Below, in pieces: positions 50,722 through 60,726 of a stretch of 64,000 nucleotides of DNA. Origin of the DNA: Phycisphaerales bacterium (GTDB taxonomy: Bacteria; Planctomycetota; Phycisphaerae; Phycisphaerales; UBA1924); contig JBBRQY010000003.1 in NCBI GenBank assembly GCA_038225655.1, positions 265,323 through 329,322 of the forward strand. Reading direction: 5' to 3'. Under the pieces are notes generated by a model. That model worked only from the letters and a program-made list of their open reading frames with translations, searched no databases and was not told the DNA's origin. How positions within the stretch are numbered: the stretch's first letter is position 1; each line of letters begins with the position of its first letter. The position numbers and the translations under genes are program-made.

Positions 50722-52257
50722 ATGAAACCGATCGCCGTGTCAAAAGTCGCCCTCTCCCACGCTGTCCCAGTGCTCAGCGTGCTTACTCTTTGCGCCGCCG
50801 CCGGCAGCGTACTCGCCCAAGCAACTCTGCAAACCGTCGGCGCTGCGGGCGCACAGGCCTCCGCCGTCAGCGGTGACGGATCCACCATTGTCGGCTACGC
50901 GCTCTCCGGATCCAACACCCGCCCCACCCGCTGGCTCGCGGCGACTCCCTCCATCGGCACCGACCTCGGCACCCTCAGCCCCGACGCATTGGGGAATGCC
51001 CACGCCGTCAGCGCCGATGGTTCGATCATCGTCGGCGAGAGCGGCGTCAGTTGGCTCGGCCCGCGTGCCTTCCGCCGCACCGACGCCGAAGGCATGATCC
51101 AGCTCACCGGAACCTTCTCCGCCCAGACCCTCGGCATCAGCCGCGATGGTGTCGTCTCTGTGGGAGCCCGCGGCAACCACGGCGCGATCTGGACTGGCTC
51201 CGGCCCCACCGGCACGCTCCAGGAGTTCAACGCTCAATCCGGCTACGACCTCGCCATCGCCCTGGGCATCTCCGACGACTACTCGACCGTCGTCGGCTAC
51301 AGCACCCTTTCCGGCGGTGACGGCTTCTCCCGCGCCTTCCTCTGGCACAGCAATACCGGCCTGCAGCCCCTTTCCTATCTCCCCTCCACAACTACTTCCT
51401 ACGCCCATGCCATCTCCGCCGACGGTTCCATCATCATCGGCTTTAGCGGCGTCTCCGATTTCGAGGGGGGCCAGGGCAACGCCGTCCGATGGACGAGCGG
51501 CGGCGCAGTTGTGCAATCCCTCGGCCACCTCTCCGGCACAATCGGCGCCTCCGCCAACGCCCTCTCCGCGAACGGTTCCATCATCGTGGGCCAGAGCTAC
51601 ACCGCCAGTTGGCGCACCGGCGGCAGCGCGTTTATCTGGACCGCACAAACCGGCATGATCAGTCTCGCCGCCTATCTCCAATCCATCGGCGTGACTCCCG
51701 CCATCGGGCTTACCTCCGCGACTGGCATCAGCGACGACGGCCGCGTCATTGTCGGCACCGGCACCGCAAGCCCGACCAGCGGTTCCGCCATCAGTTGGGT
51801 CGCCAAGATCCCCGCCCCCGGCTCCTTCTCCCTCTCCTCCCCCGACGACAACACCCTCGCCCTGCCCCTCCAGCCGACCCTCTCCTGGACCCCTTCCGCG
51901 GCCGCCGCCTCCTACTCCGTCACCATCACCCCCCAAGCCGGCGCGCCGACAACTCTTACGACCCCCAGCACGAGCATCCAGCTCCCCCCCGGCACTCTCC
52001 AATCCTGCCAAACCTACACCTGGTCCGTCCAGGCCAGCAACATCGTTGCCTCCACCACCGCCTCCTCCGCCCCGCGCTCTTTCCAAACCCTCCGCCCGGG
52101 CGATTTCAACCACGACGGCGCAGTCAGCGTCCCCGACATCTTCGCCTTCCTCACCGCGTGGTTCGCCAGCGACCCCGCCGCCGACATCAACGGCAACGGC
52201 CTCGGAGTTTCAGACATCTTCGACTTCCTAGCAGCCTGGTTCGCCGGCTGCCCTTGA
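50722..52257 (+). CDS. HAF-repeat extracellular protein with C-terminal twin dockerin-like repeats
   Basis: Signal peptide, then repeated 'A.A.S.DGS.IVG.S' units (AHAVSADGSIIVGES, AHAISADGSIIIGFS, ANALSANGSIIVGQS, ATGISDDGRVIVGTG). C-terminus 'GDFNHDGAVSVPDIFAFLTAWFASDPAADINGNGLGVSDIFDFLAAWFAGCP'. Confidence 0.8.
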   Translation: MKPIAVSKVALSHAVPVLSVLTLCAAAGSVLAQATLQTVGAAGAQASAVSGDGSTIVGYALSGSNTRPTRWLAATPSIGTDLGTLSPDALGNAHAVSADGSIIVGESGVSWLGPRAFRRTDAEGMIQLTGTFSAQTLGISRDGVVSVGARGNHGAIWTGSGPTGTLQEFNAQSGYDLAIALGISDDYSTVVGYSTLSGGDGFSRAFLWHSNTGLQPLSYLPSTTTSYAHAISADGSIIIGFSGVSDFEGGQGNAVRWTSGGAVVQSLGHLSGTIGASANALSANGSIIVGQSYTASWRTGGSAFIWTAQTGMISLAAYLQSIGVTPAIGLTSATGISDDGRVIVGTGTASPTSGSAISWVAKIPAPGSFSLSSPDDNTLALPLQPTLSWTPSAAAASYSVTITPQAGAPTTLTTPSTSIQLPPGTLQSCQTYTWSVQASNIVASTTASSAPRSFQTLRPGDFNHDGAVSVPDIFAFLTAWFASDPAADINGNGLGVSDIFDFLAAWFAGCP

Positions 52258-52396
52258 GCACCTGCAGGTTCCCTCTGAAGTCCGAACTTTCAGATTGCCG
52301 CTGCCTTCTCCGCCCCTGCGTATCACCCGTCGCGCGCTCCGCGGCCGACCTTGGCTGTTCGTCTTGGCCATGTGCCACGGAGCGACGTGCTCGGTG

Positions 52397-53707
52397 CTAT
52401 ATGGCTTTCCCCAGCAACCGCACCACTTCATCCACATCCTTATCTCCGCGGCCCGACAGATTCACCACCACGTTCTGATCCGCCCGCATCCCCGCCGCCA
52501 CCCGCACCGCCTCCGCGATCGCGTGCGAACTCTCCAACGCTGGGATGATTCCCTCCGTCCGCGCCAGCAACTGGAACGCCTCCAGCGCATCGGCGTCCGT
52601 TGCGGCCGTGTACAGCACGCGCCCCGCGTCCTTCCAGTACGAGTGCTCCGGCCCCACGCCCGGATAGTCCAGCCCCGCCGAGCATGAGTGCACATCCGCC
52701 GTCTGCCCATCCGCGCTCTGCAAGACGTAGCTCAGCGATCCATGCAGCACCCCCGGCGACCCGAACGACAACGGCGCGGCATGCTCGCCCGCCGTATTGG
52801 ACCGTCCCCCGGCCTCCACCCCAACCAACTTCACCGAAGAATCTTCCACGAACGGATAAAAAATACCCGCCGCGTTCGATCCCCCACCCACGCAGGCCAC
52901 CACCACATCCGGCAACTTCCCCATCCCCCAGCTCTCCGCGCCAGTCGCCAGACACTGCGCCCGGCACTCTCTGCCGATTACTGATTGAAAATCCCGCACG
53001 ATCATCGGAAACGGATGAGGCCCGACCACGCTCCCGATGATGTAGTGCGTCCCCTCCACGCTTCCCATCCAATCCCGCATCGCCTCGTTCGTCGCGTCTT
53101 TCAGCGTCCGCGACCCCGAATCCACCTCCACCACCCGCGCCCCCATCATCCGCATCCGCACCACGTTCAGCCGCTGCCGCCGCACATCCTCCGAGCCCAT
53201 GTACACATCGCACGCCAGCCCGAAGTGCGCCGCGGCCGTCGCGCTCGCCACCCCATGCTGCCCCGCCCCCGTTTCCGCGATGATCCGCTTCTTCCCCATC
53301 CGCACCGCCAGCAGCGCCTGCCCCAGAGTGTTGTTGATCTTGTGCGCCCCCGTGTGCGCCAGATCCTCGCGCTTCAGCCAGATCGTCGGCCCCAGACCTG
53401 TGCCACGGGTTCGTCCGCTGCTCTGAGCGGGCAACCCGTGCGGTCCACCCGCAATCTCCGTTCCCCCACTCCTCACCCACTCCGTCAACCGCTCCGCCCG
53501 AAACAGCGGCGTCGGCCTCCCTACATACGTCCGCTGCAACCCCTCAAGCTCCGCCCAGAACGATCGATCCTTCCGCACCGAGTCATACATCGCGCTCAAC
53601 TGATGCAACGCAGGCACCAGCGTCTCCGGAACATACGACCCCCCAAACGCCCCGAACCGCCCCGCCGCCGTGGGAACACCCGAGAGATTCGTCGTCGTCG
53701 TGCTCAT
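52397..53707 (-). CDS. trpB: tryptophan synthase beta chain
   Basis: '[15 protein letters not shown]', '[16 protein letters not shown]', '[13 protein letters not shown]'. Start placed at ATG 53707. Confidence 0.9.
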   Translation of the reverse strand: MSTTTTNLSGVPTAAGRFGAFGGSYVPETLVPALHQLSAMYDSVRKDRSFWAELEGLQRTYVGRPTPLFRAERLTEWVRSGGTEIAGGPHGLPAQSSGRTRGTGLGPTIWLKREDLAHTGAHKINNTLGQALLAVRMGKKRIIAETGAGQHGVASATAAAHFGLACDVYMGSEDVRRQRLNVVRMRMMGARVVEVDSGSRTLKDATNEAMRDWMGSVEGTHYIIGSVVGPHPFPMIVRDFQSVIGRECRAQCLATGAESWGMGKLPDVVVACVGGGSNAAGIFYPFVEDSSVKLVGVEAGGRSNTAGEHAAPLSFGSPGVLHGSLSYVLQSADGQTADVHSCSAGLDYPGVGPEHSYWKDAGRVLYTAATDADALEAFQLLARTEGIIPALESSHAIAEAVRVAAGMRADQNVVVNLSGRGDKDVDEVVRLLGKAI

Positions 53708-53811
53708 TGTGCCCAAGCGTAGAACGCCGGAATCCGATCGGCGTACCACTTCTGGTAGACTCCCAACACGTCACGGCCATTCGGCACGCACACGTCGCCC
53801 GGAGATTGCGC

Positions 53812-54834
53812 ATGCTCCTCCCCGTCCTCGCTTCCCTCCTTCTCAGCGCATCATCTCTCCGCGCCGATCCACCCGGCTCTCCTCCTCCGCCTCCCGCTCC
53901 TCTCCCCGACCCCTCGTCCCGCATCCAAACCCTCATCGCCAACCTTAAATCCGGCACGCCCGATCCTGCCCCGCGTGAAGCCATCCACCAACTCTGCGGC
54001 TTGGCCCCCCTCTCCATCAAGCCCCTATACGCCGCGCTGAACTCCCCCGACGAGCGCACGCGCCAACTCGCCGCCGAAACCCTCCGCCGCATCGACAACA
54101 TTGGCCGCGACAGCGACGAAACCCCCACCCCCCCGCTTCCTCCCAGCATCCGTCCCATCAAGATCGACCCCACTGAGCCCCTTCTCCGCGTCTGCATCGA
54201 AGGCCTCAAGAACGACAACCTCCCCGGCTCTCTCTTCACCGAGCGCGAATACGGCGAGAAGCCCATCGTCTTCAACGCCGCCAACGGCACCCGTTTCCTC
54301 ATCAAGCACGCTGCGGCCGCCGAGCCCCTCCTCGCCTAAGCCCTCAAATCCCCCGATCTTCAGCAGCGTTTCTGCGCCGCCGTCGCTCTCGGCTTCGGCG
54401 CACGCTCGCGCCACGCCGAGGCCGTCTGCAAGGTCCTCATCCCCCACCTCCGCGACAACTCCATCCCCGACGACGCCTTCTGGGCCGCCGCCGCCCTCTA
54501 CCGCCTCGGCCCCGCCGCCGATGTCCACCTCCAAGCCGCAGCCACCACCCCCGTCGACAAACAACAGCGCGAACTCCTCGCCCTCATCCTCCTGGACCTC
54601 CGCCACCCCCTCAAATCCATCGACGACTACGGCCCCCGCGCCGCCGGCAAGCTCACCACCCTCGACCTCGACGGCGCGTACGACCCCATCGTCGGCTACA
54701 CCCAGGACTCCCTCCTCATGGGCTGGGCCGACGCCATGACCGAAAAAAACCGCGACACCCCGCGCCCGCCAAAGCCCGCGCCGACGCCCCCCGCCAAGAG
54801 CAACATCTTCCTGAACCCGAAGAAGGCCGAGTAG
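53812..54834 (+). pseudogene. secreted HEAT-repeat-like protein interrupted by a single in-frame TAA (54337-54339)
   Basis: Signal peptide 'MLLPVLASLLLSASSLRA'. The frame stays codon-biased and HEAT-like ('LKSPDLQQRFCAAVALG') for 165 codons after the TAA, and the first 84 of those codons contain no ATG/GTG/TTG/CTG. Confidence 0.55.
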
Positions 54835-54845
54835 CCGTCGCCACT

Positions 54846-55328
54846 TCACGGACCAGCGCGAAGACGACCGCTCGCAATCGCCGCCCCGCACTCCGGACAC
54901 ACCACCCCCGCCACAAGCCCGGCCCGGTCGTAGTTGCACTTTGGGCACATGTTCAGCCGAGCGCGGCGAGCGAGCCTGTCGAGACGCCACGCCCCGGCGG
55001 TTCCAAACAGTGCGATCAGGGCGACCGGCCAAAGAGGGGCTCTGAGGTACCAGCCGCCAAAGGGCGAAGGCAGATTGCGGAACCAGAGATCAAACCAAAA
55101 CACCTTCGGCTTGAAATGCCACCCCGTCGTGCATAAACGAGGACTGTAGATACGTGTGTCATGGCATACAGAGACTCCACCAGAGCCCAGGTTGTAACAC
55201 ATGCTTGAGCCGGCCGATATCCATCCGAAGTCTGCCCATCCACTCCCAACCCACACCAACACCAGCAACACCGTCACCGCGGCCCCGCCCCATTTCACGG
55301 TCTTCCTGATTTTCGAGTGTGGCTTCAC
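54846..55328 (-). CDS. two-TM protein with C-terminal zinc ribbon (paralog of 55325-55801), GTG start
   Basis: 'VKPHSKIRKTVKWGGAAVTVLLVLVWV...RRARLNMCPKCNYDRAGLVAGVVCPECGA'. GTGA overlap with the upstream paralog's stop. Confidence 0.6.
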   Translation of the reverse strand: MKPHSKIRKTVKWGGAAVTVLLVLVWVGSGWADFGWISAGSSMCYNLGSGGVSVCHDTRIYSPRLCTTGWHFKPKVFWFDLWFRNLPSPFGGWYLRAPLWPVALIALFGTAGAWRLDRLARRARLNMCPKCNYDRAGLVAGVVCPECGAAIASGRLRAGP

Positions 55329-55801
55329 GGCGGCACCCCCCCACCTCCACCTCCACCCCCACCGCCCCCGCTCCCGCACTCCGGACACACCGCCCCGGGG
55401 GCGAGACCAGTGCGGTTGTAGTTGCACTTCGGGCAGCGGCCCGCGCGACCGCGGCGACGGTCTCTCGCATCGAGGAGCCACGCCACGGCCGCGGTCAACC
55501 CGACCACCAGCACGGCGAGAGCCCAGAGTGGAATGGAGGTACGTCCGAAGGTCGAGTTCCACTGAAACCCGAAGTCCCACGTCGGCCCGGGTGGCCGCCG
55601 GTGCCATTCCACGCCCTTGGGCCCGCCCATGATCGGCAAATGCTCCCAAAGCACCTGCCCGCGATCAATTCCGATCCGCCAACCAGAACCAAGCCACCAG
55701 ACTGCCCACCACCACCCGCTTGCCGCCCACGCCAAGAGGATGACGAGCACCGCCGCGCCGCCCAACTTCATCGTCTTGCGGATTCTCGGGGGCGGCTTCA
55801 C
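55325..55801 (-). CDS. two-TM protein with C-terminal zinc ribbon and poly-Gly tail
   Basis: 'MKPPPRIRKTMKLGGAAVLVILLAWA...RRRGRAGRCPKCNYNRTGLAPGAVCPECGSGGGGGGGGGGG'. Confidence 0.6.
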   Translation of the reverse strand: MKPPPRIRKTMKLGGAAVLVILLAWAASGWWWAVWWLGSGWRIGIDRGQVLWEHLPIMGGPKGVEWHRRPPGPTWDFGFQWNSTFGRTSIPLWALAVLVVGLTAAVAWLLDARDRRRGRAGRCPKCNYNRTGLAPGAVCPECGSGGGGGGGGGGGVPP

Positions 55802-56005
55802 GTCAACAGTCTACCGCGCCGCGATGAGCCGGTTCCTTCTGTATTCTTTCTGGGTGGATGGGTGCGGGAAGGCGGGCGGGCCGCCTTCCTGCATCCGCGA
55901 ACCAACCCCATCGCGCTCGCGGCCCCATTCCCCTCCGCGAACCCCTGCGTAGCCCCCCGCGCACCTCTGCGTGCCCTCCTCCGCCTTCACCTCCCACATC
56001 CCACA

Positions 56006-58036
56006 TCACCCCCGCCCAAACCGCTTCTCCAACTCCCTGATCGTCAACCGAATGCTCGTCGGCCTCCCATGCGGGCAACTCGCCGACCGCTCCACCATCT
56101 CGCGCAGCTTCAGCAAATCCCCCAGTTCCGTGTCGCTCATCCGATCCCCCGCTTTCACCGCGGCTTTGCACGCCATCATGTCGAGCACCTCGGAGAGAGT
56201 CTGCTCGCTCGCCGGCGCGAACCCCTCCGCTTCCGCCCGCTCGAAGAGTTCCGCGATGAACTCCCCGGGATCGACGCCGCGCTCGAAGAGAAACGACGGG
56301 AACGCCTGCACCCCCACCGCCTCCGGCGAGAGCAACTCCGCCTGAATCCCGATCTTCTCCAGAATCGGCCGCAGTTCTTCCAGCTTCATCGCCGCCGAGC
56401 GCGGCACGCGCACCTGCGCTGGCACCAGCATCGCCTGCGACTCCAAGGGCCGCCCCTCGGCCCCCTCACTCCCCACGATCCTCGCCATCAACACCTCAAA
56501 CATCACCCGCTCGTGCAGCGCATGCTGATCCACGATCAACAACCCCTGCTCATCCTGCGTCACCACGAACGAGTTGTGGACCTGTAGCAGACGGTCTTTG
56601 GGTTCGGGAAGGGGGATTCGGGTTTCGGGTGAATGCAGTGATGCATCGGATGTCGAACCAATCGCCTCACCCCCGGCCACGCCACCCGCACTCGCTTCCC
56701 CTCCAGAATCCGAAACCCGATCCCCGAGACCTGATTCCATGAACCCCGGCGCGACGCGCTCGATTGCTTCCCGCACCTGCTGGTACTCAAACCGATTCTG
56801 CACCCGCTCAGGAATCGCCCGCTTGAAGAAATCAACGAACGACCGCGAGCCACCGCGATCTCCCGCCGATGGCTCGGTTCCCCCGCTCCCAGCCCCAAAC
56901 ATCTCTCCCCCCCAACGTCCTTGCTCCTGCACACGCGGCGTCAAATCCGCTCCCTGCAAGGCCCCCTTTACCGCCCGCAGCACCGTCTGGTGCACCATCG
57001 ACTGATCCCGGAACCGCACCTCCGTCTTCGCCGGGTGCACGTTCACATCCACCGCGCCAGGATCCATCTCGATCATCAGCACCGCCGTCGGATACCGCCC
57101 CGGCTCGATCAGCCCGCGATACGCCTCGCGCAGCGCGTGCTGGATCGTCTTATCCCGGATCGGCCTTCCGTTCAGGAACACATGCTGTGCCTTCGCCGTC
57201 GCCCGCGCGATCCCCGGCATCCCGATGAGGCCCCACAGCGTCATCCCGCGCGCATCATCAAACCGATCCGCGCTCACTTCCAGCATCTCGTCGGCCAGCT
57301 CCGTCCCCAGCACCGCCAGCGCGCGATCCCTGGGTCCCTGCCCCGGCGGCACATCCAGAACCCGCTTCCCATCGGTCGCCACCACAAACCCCACGCTCGG
57401 GTGCGCGATCGCCAGCGTACACGCCGCATCCACGCAGTGCCCCTGCTCGGTCGTCGCCGTCCGCAAGAACTTCCGCCGCGCCGGCGTATTCCAAAACAGA
57501 TTCCGCACCGTCACACACGTCCCAACCGGCCCCGCCGCCGGCCGCACCGGCCGCACCTCGTCCCCCTCCACCTCAATCACAAACGCCCCTTCGCTTCCCG
57601 CCTTCTCCTTCCCACCGCCCACTCCCGACTGCCCACTCCCTCTTTCCCGACTTCGTATCCCCAACCTCGACACACTCGCAATCGAAGCGATCGCCTCCCC
57701 TCGAAATCCCATCGTCCCGATCCGGTCCAGATCCTCAGGCGTGCTGATCTTGCTCGTCGCATGCGGCGAGATCGCCAGTCCCAACTCCCCCTCCGGTATC
57801 CCCCCTCCATCATCCGTCACCCGCACGAGTTCAATTCCCCCCTGCTCGATCTCCACCGAAATCGCCGTGGCCCCTGCATCAAGCGCGTTTTCCACCAATT
57901 CCTTCACCACGCTCGCCGGCCGCTCCACCACCTCCCCCGCCGCAATCTGGTTCACCAGCAGCGGCGGCAGTTTCTTGATTGGCTTGCGGGAATTGACAAC
58001 AACTTCGGCCATGTCGCTCATTCTAGGAAACCGCAC
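56006..58036 (-). CDS. mutL: DNA mismatch repair protein MutL
   Basis: 'LVNQIAAGEVVERPASVVKELVENALDAGA' (GHKL ATPase). C-terminus 'CPHGRPT'. The start may be a few codons internal. Confidence 0.9.
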   Translation of the reverse strand: MRFPRMSDMAEVVVNSRKPIKKLPPLLVNQIAAGEVVERPASVVKELVENALDAGATAISVEIEQGGIELVRVTDDGGGIPEGELGLAISPHATSKISTPEDLDRIGTMGFRGEAIASIASVSRLGIRSRERGSGQSGVGGGKEKAGSEGAFVIEVEGDEVRPVRPAAGPVGTCVTVRNLFWNTPARRKFLRTATTEQGHCVDAACTLAIAHPSVGFVVATDGKRVLDVPPGQGPRDRALAVLGTELADEMLEVSADRFDDARGMTLWGLIGMPGIARATAKAQHVFLNGRPIRDKTIQHALREAYRGLIEPGRYPTAVLMIEMDPGAVDVNVHPAKTEVRFRDQSMVHQTVLRAVKGALQGADLTPRVQEQGRWGGEMFGAGSGGTEPSAGDRGGSRSFVDFFKRAIPERVQNRFEYQQVREAIERVAPGFMESGLGDRVSDSGGEASAGGVAGGEAIGSTSDASLHSPETRIPLPEPKDRLLQVHNSFVVTQDEQGLLIVDQHALHERVMFEVLMARIVGSEGAEGRPLESQAMLVPAQVRVPRSAAMKLEELRPILEKIGIQAELLSPEAVGVQAFPSFLFERGVDPGEFIAELFERAEAEGFAPASEQTLSEVLDMMACKAAVKAGDRMSDTELGDLLKLREMVERSASCPHGRPTSIRLTIRELEKRFGRG

Positions 58037-58201
58037 GCAGAGGTTCGCGAAGGCCGCGCAGAGGTCCGCAGAGAAAAAGCGAGAATCTGGTGCCGAAACA
58101 GGCCTGTCGGTTGCCTGCCATCCCTTCCCCCCATTCCTACTCAGCGCACCTCCGCGCGCCCGCAGCGCACCTCTGCCTGCTGCCTTTCATACGATGCCGA
58201 C

Positions 58202-58618
58202 ATGCCCACCCACACGATCTTCGACAAAATCCTCTCCGGCCAGATCCCCTGCCACAAGGTCTACGAGGACGCCCACATCCTCGCCTTCCTCGACATCAAC
58301 CCCCTTAGCCCCGGTCACACGCTTGTCATCCCAAAGGAAGCGAAGCCGACGCTCGACCAACTCTCCGACGAGTCGGCCGCCGCCATCGGGCGCGTGCTCC
58401 CACGCCTCTGCCGAGCCGTGATGAAGACCACAGGCGCGGCCGAGTACAATGTGCTTCAGAACAACGGGCCGAGCGCCAACCAGGTCGTGATGCACGTCCA
58501 CTTCCACATCATCCCCAAACTCCCCGACGGCCGCGGCTTAAACATCGGCTGGAAATCCCAACCCTTCGATCATGCTGCCGGCGCCACCCTCGCCAAATCA
58601 ATCGCCACTTGCCTCTGA
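58202..58618 (+). CDS. HIT-family (HinT-like) nucleotide hydrolase
   Basis: 'IFDKILSGQIPCHKVYEDAHILAFLDINP', histidine triad 'HVHFHIIP'. The track ORF from 56921 is over-extended. Confidence 0.85.
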   Translation: MPTHTIFDKILSGQIPCHKVYEDAHILAFLDINPLSPGHTLVIPKEAKPTLDQLSDESAAAIGRVLPRLCRAVMKTTGAAEYNVLQNNGPSANQVVMHVHFHIIPKLPDGRGLNIGWKSQPFDHAAGATLAKSIATCL

Positions 58619-59692
58619 CGACTCCTCAACCCGCTCCGGCGGCAGCGTGTTCTGTACATCCATCGAAAAGTCGAGGGACACCGCGTGGTGCGTCAGCCCC
58701 CCAACGCTGATTCGCTCCACACCCGTCTCTGCAATCCCCCGAATCGTCTCCAGCGTCACGCCCCCCGACGCCTCCAGCAGCACGCTGGATTTGTGCCGCG
58801 CCCGCATCGCTACGGCCTTCCGCAAATCCGCGACGCTCATGTTGTCCAGCAGCACGATGTCCACGCCCCCCTGCGTCCCCGGCGCACACACTCCCGCGGC
58901 CAGCAACAAATCCAGTTGCTCCAGCGACGTCACCTCCAACTCTACAAACCGCAACTCCTCCCCGGATATCTCCGCAGTCCGCCGCGCCTTGTCCACCGCC
59001 GCCGTCACCCATGCCGGCAACTCGCGCACCGTTACTCCAAAGATGTGATTGTCCTTGAACAACACCGCATCATGCAGCCCCACGCGATTGCAGTATCCGC
59101 CGCCGCACCGCACCGCATACTTTTCCAGCGCCCGCCACCCCGGCGTCGTCTTCCGCGTATCCAGCAGCCGCGCCCCCGTCCCCTCGATCGCCTTCACGAA
59201 CGCCGCCGTCCGAGTGGCGATCCCCGACATCCGGCCCAGGAGGTTCAGCATCGTTCGCTCGGCCCGCAGCACCTGATACATCGGTCCCGACAGCACCGCA
59301 ACCGTCTGCCCCGCGCGAATCCGATCCCCATCCTGCGCCCGGTACGCCACCTGGCACTCGTGCCCGAACACCATCATCGTCTGCGCCAGCGTGGCAACTC
59401 CGCTGAGCACCCCGGCCTCCCGCGCCACCATTAATCCATCCGCCCATCGCGTCGGCGGAATACAGCACTGCGTCGTCACATCTCCCGGCCGCGCCCCGGG
59501 CCCCAAGTCCTCCTCCCCCGCAATCGCCAATAGCTTGGTGAACGAATCGTTCACCTGCAGGGTGCGGAAGAGTTCCTCCAACGGCAATTGATTGATGTCT
59601 TGCACGGGCAATGCTATCTGGTAACCACATGGCACATGGCTACAGAGCACTTTCAAGCCAGGAGAGATTGCGTTGATGTGCCTTGTCGCCAT
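58598..59692 (-). CDS. nadC: nicotinate-nucleotide pyrophosphorylase (quinolinate phosphoribosyltransferase)
   Basis: 'LLDTRKTTPGWRALEKYAVRCGGG.NRVGL.DAVLFKDNHI', 'VLLDNM', 'LEASGGVT'. The N-terminus is probably shorter than the ORF. The 3' end overlaps the convergent HIT gene by 21 nt. Confidence 0.85.
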   Translation of the reverse strand: MATRHINAISPGLKVLCSHVPCGYQIALPVQDINQLPLEELFRTLQVNDSFTKLLAIAGEEDLGPGARPGDVTTQCCIPPTRWADGLMVAREAGVLSGVATLAQTMMVFGHECQVAYRAQDGDRIRAGQTVAVLSGPMYQVLRAERTMLNLLGRMSGIATRTAAFVKAIEGTGARLLDTRKTTPGWRALEKYAVRCGGGYCNRVGLHDAVLFKDNHIFGVTVRELPAWVTAAVDKARRTAEISGEELRFVELEVTSLEQLDLLLAAGVCAPGTQGGVDIVLLDNMSVADLRKAVAMRARHKSSVLLEASGGVTLETIRGIAETGVERISVGGLTHHAVSLDFSMDVQNTLPPERVEESSEASGD

Positions 59693-59752
59693 CTGCCATG
59701 TGCCATCTCTTACCTCCCCCCTACCCTTCCCTTCCCCTCAGGAGTTTCCCCC

Positions 59753-60541
59753 ATGGGCCTTCTCTCCAACCGCATCGGACTCATCGTCGGAATCGCCAAC
59801 GAGCGTTCCTACGCATTCCACATCGCCAAAGCCATCATCGAGCACGGCGGCCGCTGCGCCTTCACGCACCTGCCCGGCGAGAAGAACGAACGCCGCACGC
59901 GGCGGGCGATCGAGGAGCTCGGCGTCAAGGACCCTTGGGTCATGCCCTTCGACGCCGGCTCCGACGCCGACACCGACGCGGTCTTCGCCAAGTACGCCGA
60001 GTCCTTCGACCGCATGGATTATCTCGTCCACTCCATCGCCTTCGCCGAGCGCGAGTGGCTCGCCGAGGGAAAGTTCACCGCTACCCCCCGCGCCGCCTTC
60101 CTTCAGGCCATCGACATCTCCGCCTACACCCTCGTCGCCATGGCCCACCGCGCCCGCCCCATCATGGTCCGCTCCGGTCACGGTGGATGCATCATGGGCA
60201 TGTCCTACTACGGCGGCGAGAAAGTCGTCCCCGGCTACAACGTGATGGGCGTCGCTAAAGCCGCCCTTGAGTCTTCCGCCCGCTACCTCGCCAGCGAGCT
60301 CGGCCAGGACAAGATCCGCGTCAACATCATTTCCGGCGGCTTCCTCCGCACCCTCGCCAGTTCCGCCGTCGGCGGAACGGACAAGATGGGCGAAGAAGTC
60401 GAGAAACGCGCCCCCCTCCGCCGCAACGTCGAAGGCGCTGATGTTGGCAACACCGCCGTCTTCCTCGCCAGCGACCTCGGTGCCGGAGTCACCGGCGAAA
60501 CCATCTACGTCGACTGCGGCGTGAACATCCTGGGGGCCTAG
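59753..60541 (+). CDS. fabI: enoyl-ACP reductase (NADH), FabI
   Basis: 'GLIVGIANERSYAFHIAKA', 'SYYGGEKVVPGYNVMGVAKAALE'. AGGAG RBS at 59741-59745. Confidence 0.9.
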   Translation: MGLLSNRIGLIVGIANERSYAFHIAKAIIEHGGRCAFTHLPGEKNERRTRRAIEELGVKDPWVMPFDAGSDADTDAVFAKYAESFDRMDYLVHSIAFAEREWLAEGKFTATPRAAFLQAIDISAYTLVAMAHRARPIMVRSGHGGCIMGMSYYGGEKVVPGYNVMGVAKAALESSARYLASELGQDKIRVNIISGGFLRTLASSAVGGTDKMGEEVEKRAPLRRNVEGADVGNTAVFLASDLGAGVTGETIYVDCGVNILGA

Positions 60542-60726
60542 GGCGAAAGCAACCGGAAGTCACATAGATCGCAAAGCGGACATTGAGGTACGGATGAGGT
60601 CGCAAATGTGTCTTTGGTTCGATCCAAAGGCATCCCCTGAGTGCCCTCCGGGGTGCATGGCTGTTCCGAACCACCGCGATACCAGCCGAATTGCGGCCCA
60701 GCAGGGCTAGACGCCGATACCCCAAC

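Noticed and set aside
33714-53707. Functional link between tRNA-Trp (33.7 kb) and trpB (52.4-53.7 kb)
   Set aside because: They are separated by the inserted island and several unrelated genes and lie on opposite strands. Proximity is most likely coincidental.
54025-55032. Minus-strand 335-aa ORF as an alternative explanation for the coding signal around the in-frame TAA
   Set aside because: Its product is Gly/Ala/Val/Glu-rich antisense-type sequence. The plus-strand frame gives a signal peptide and HEAT-like repeats with proper codon bias.
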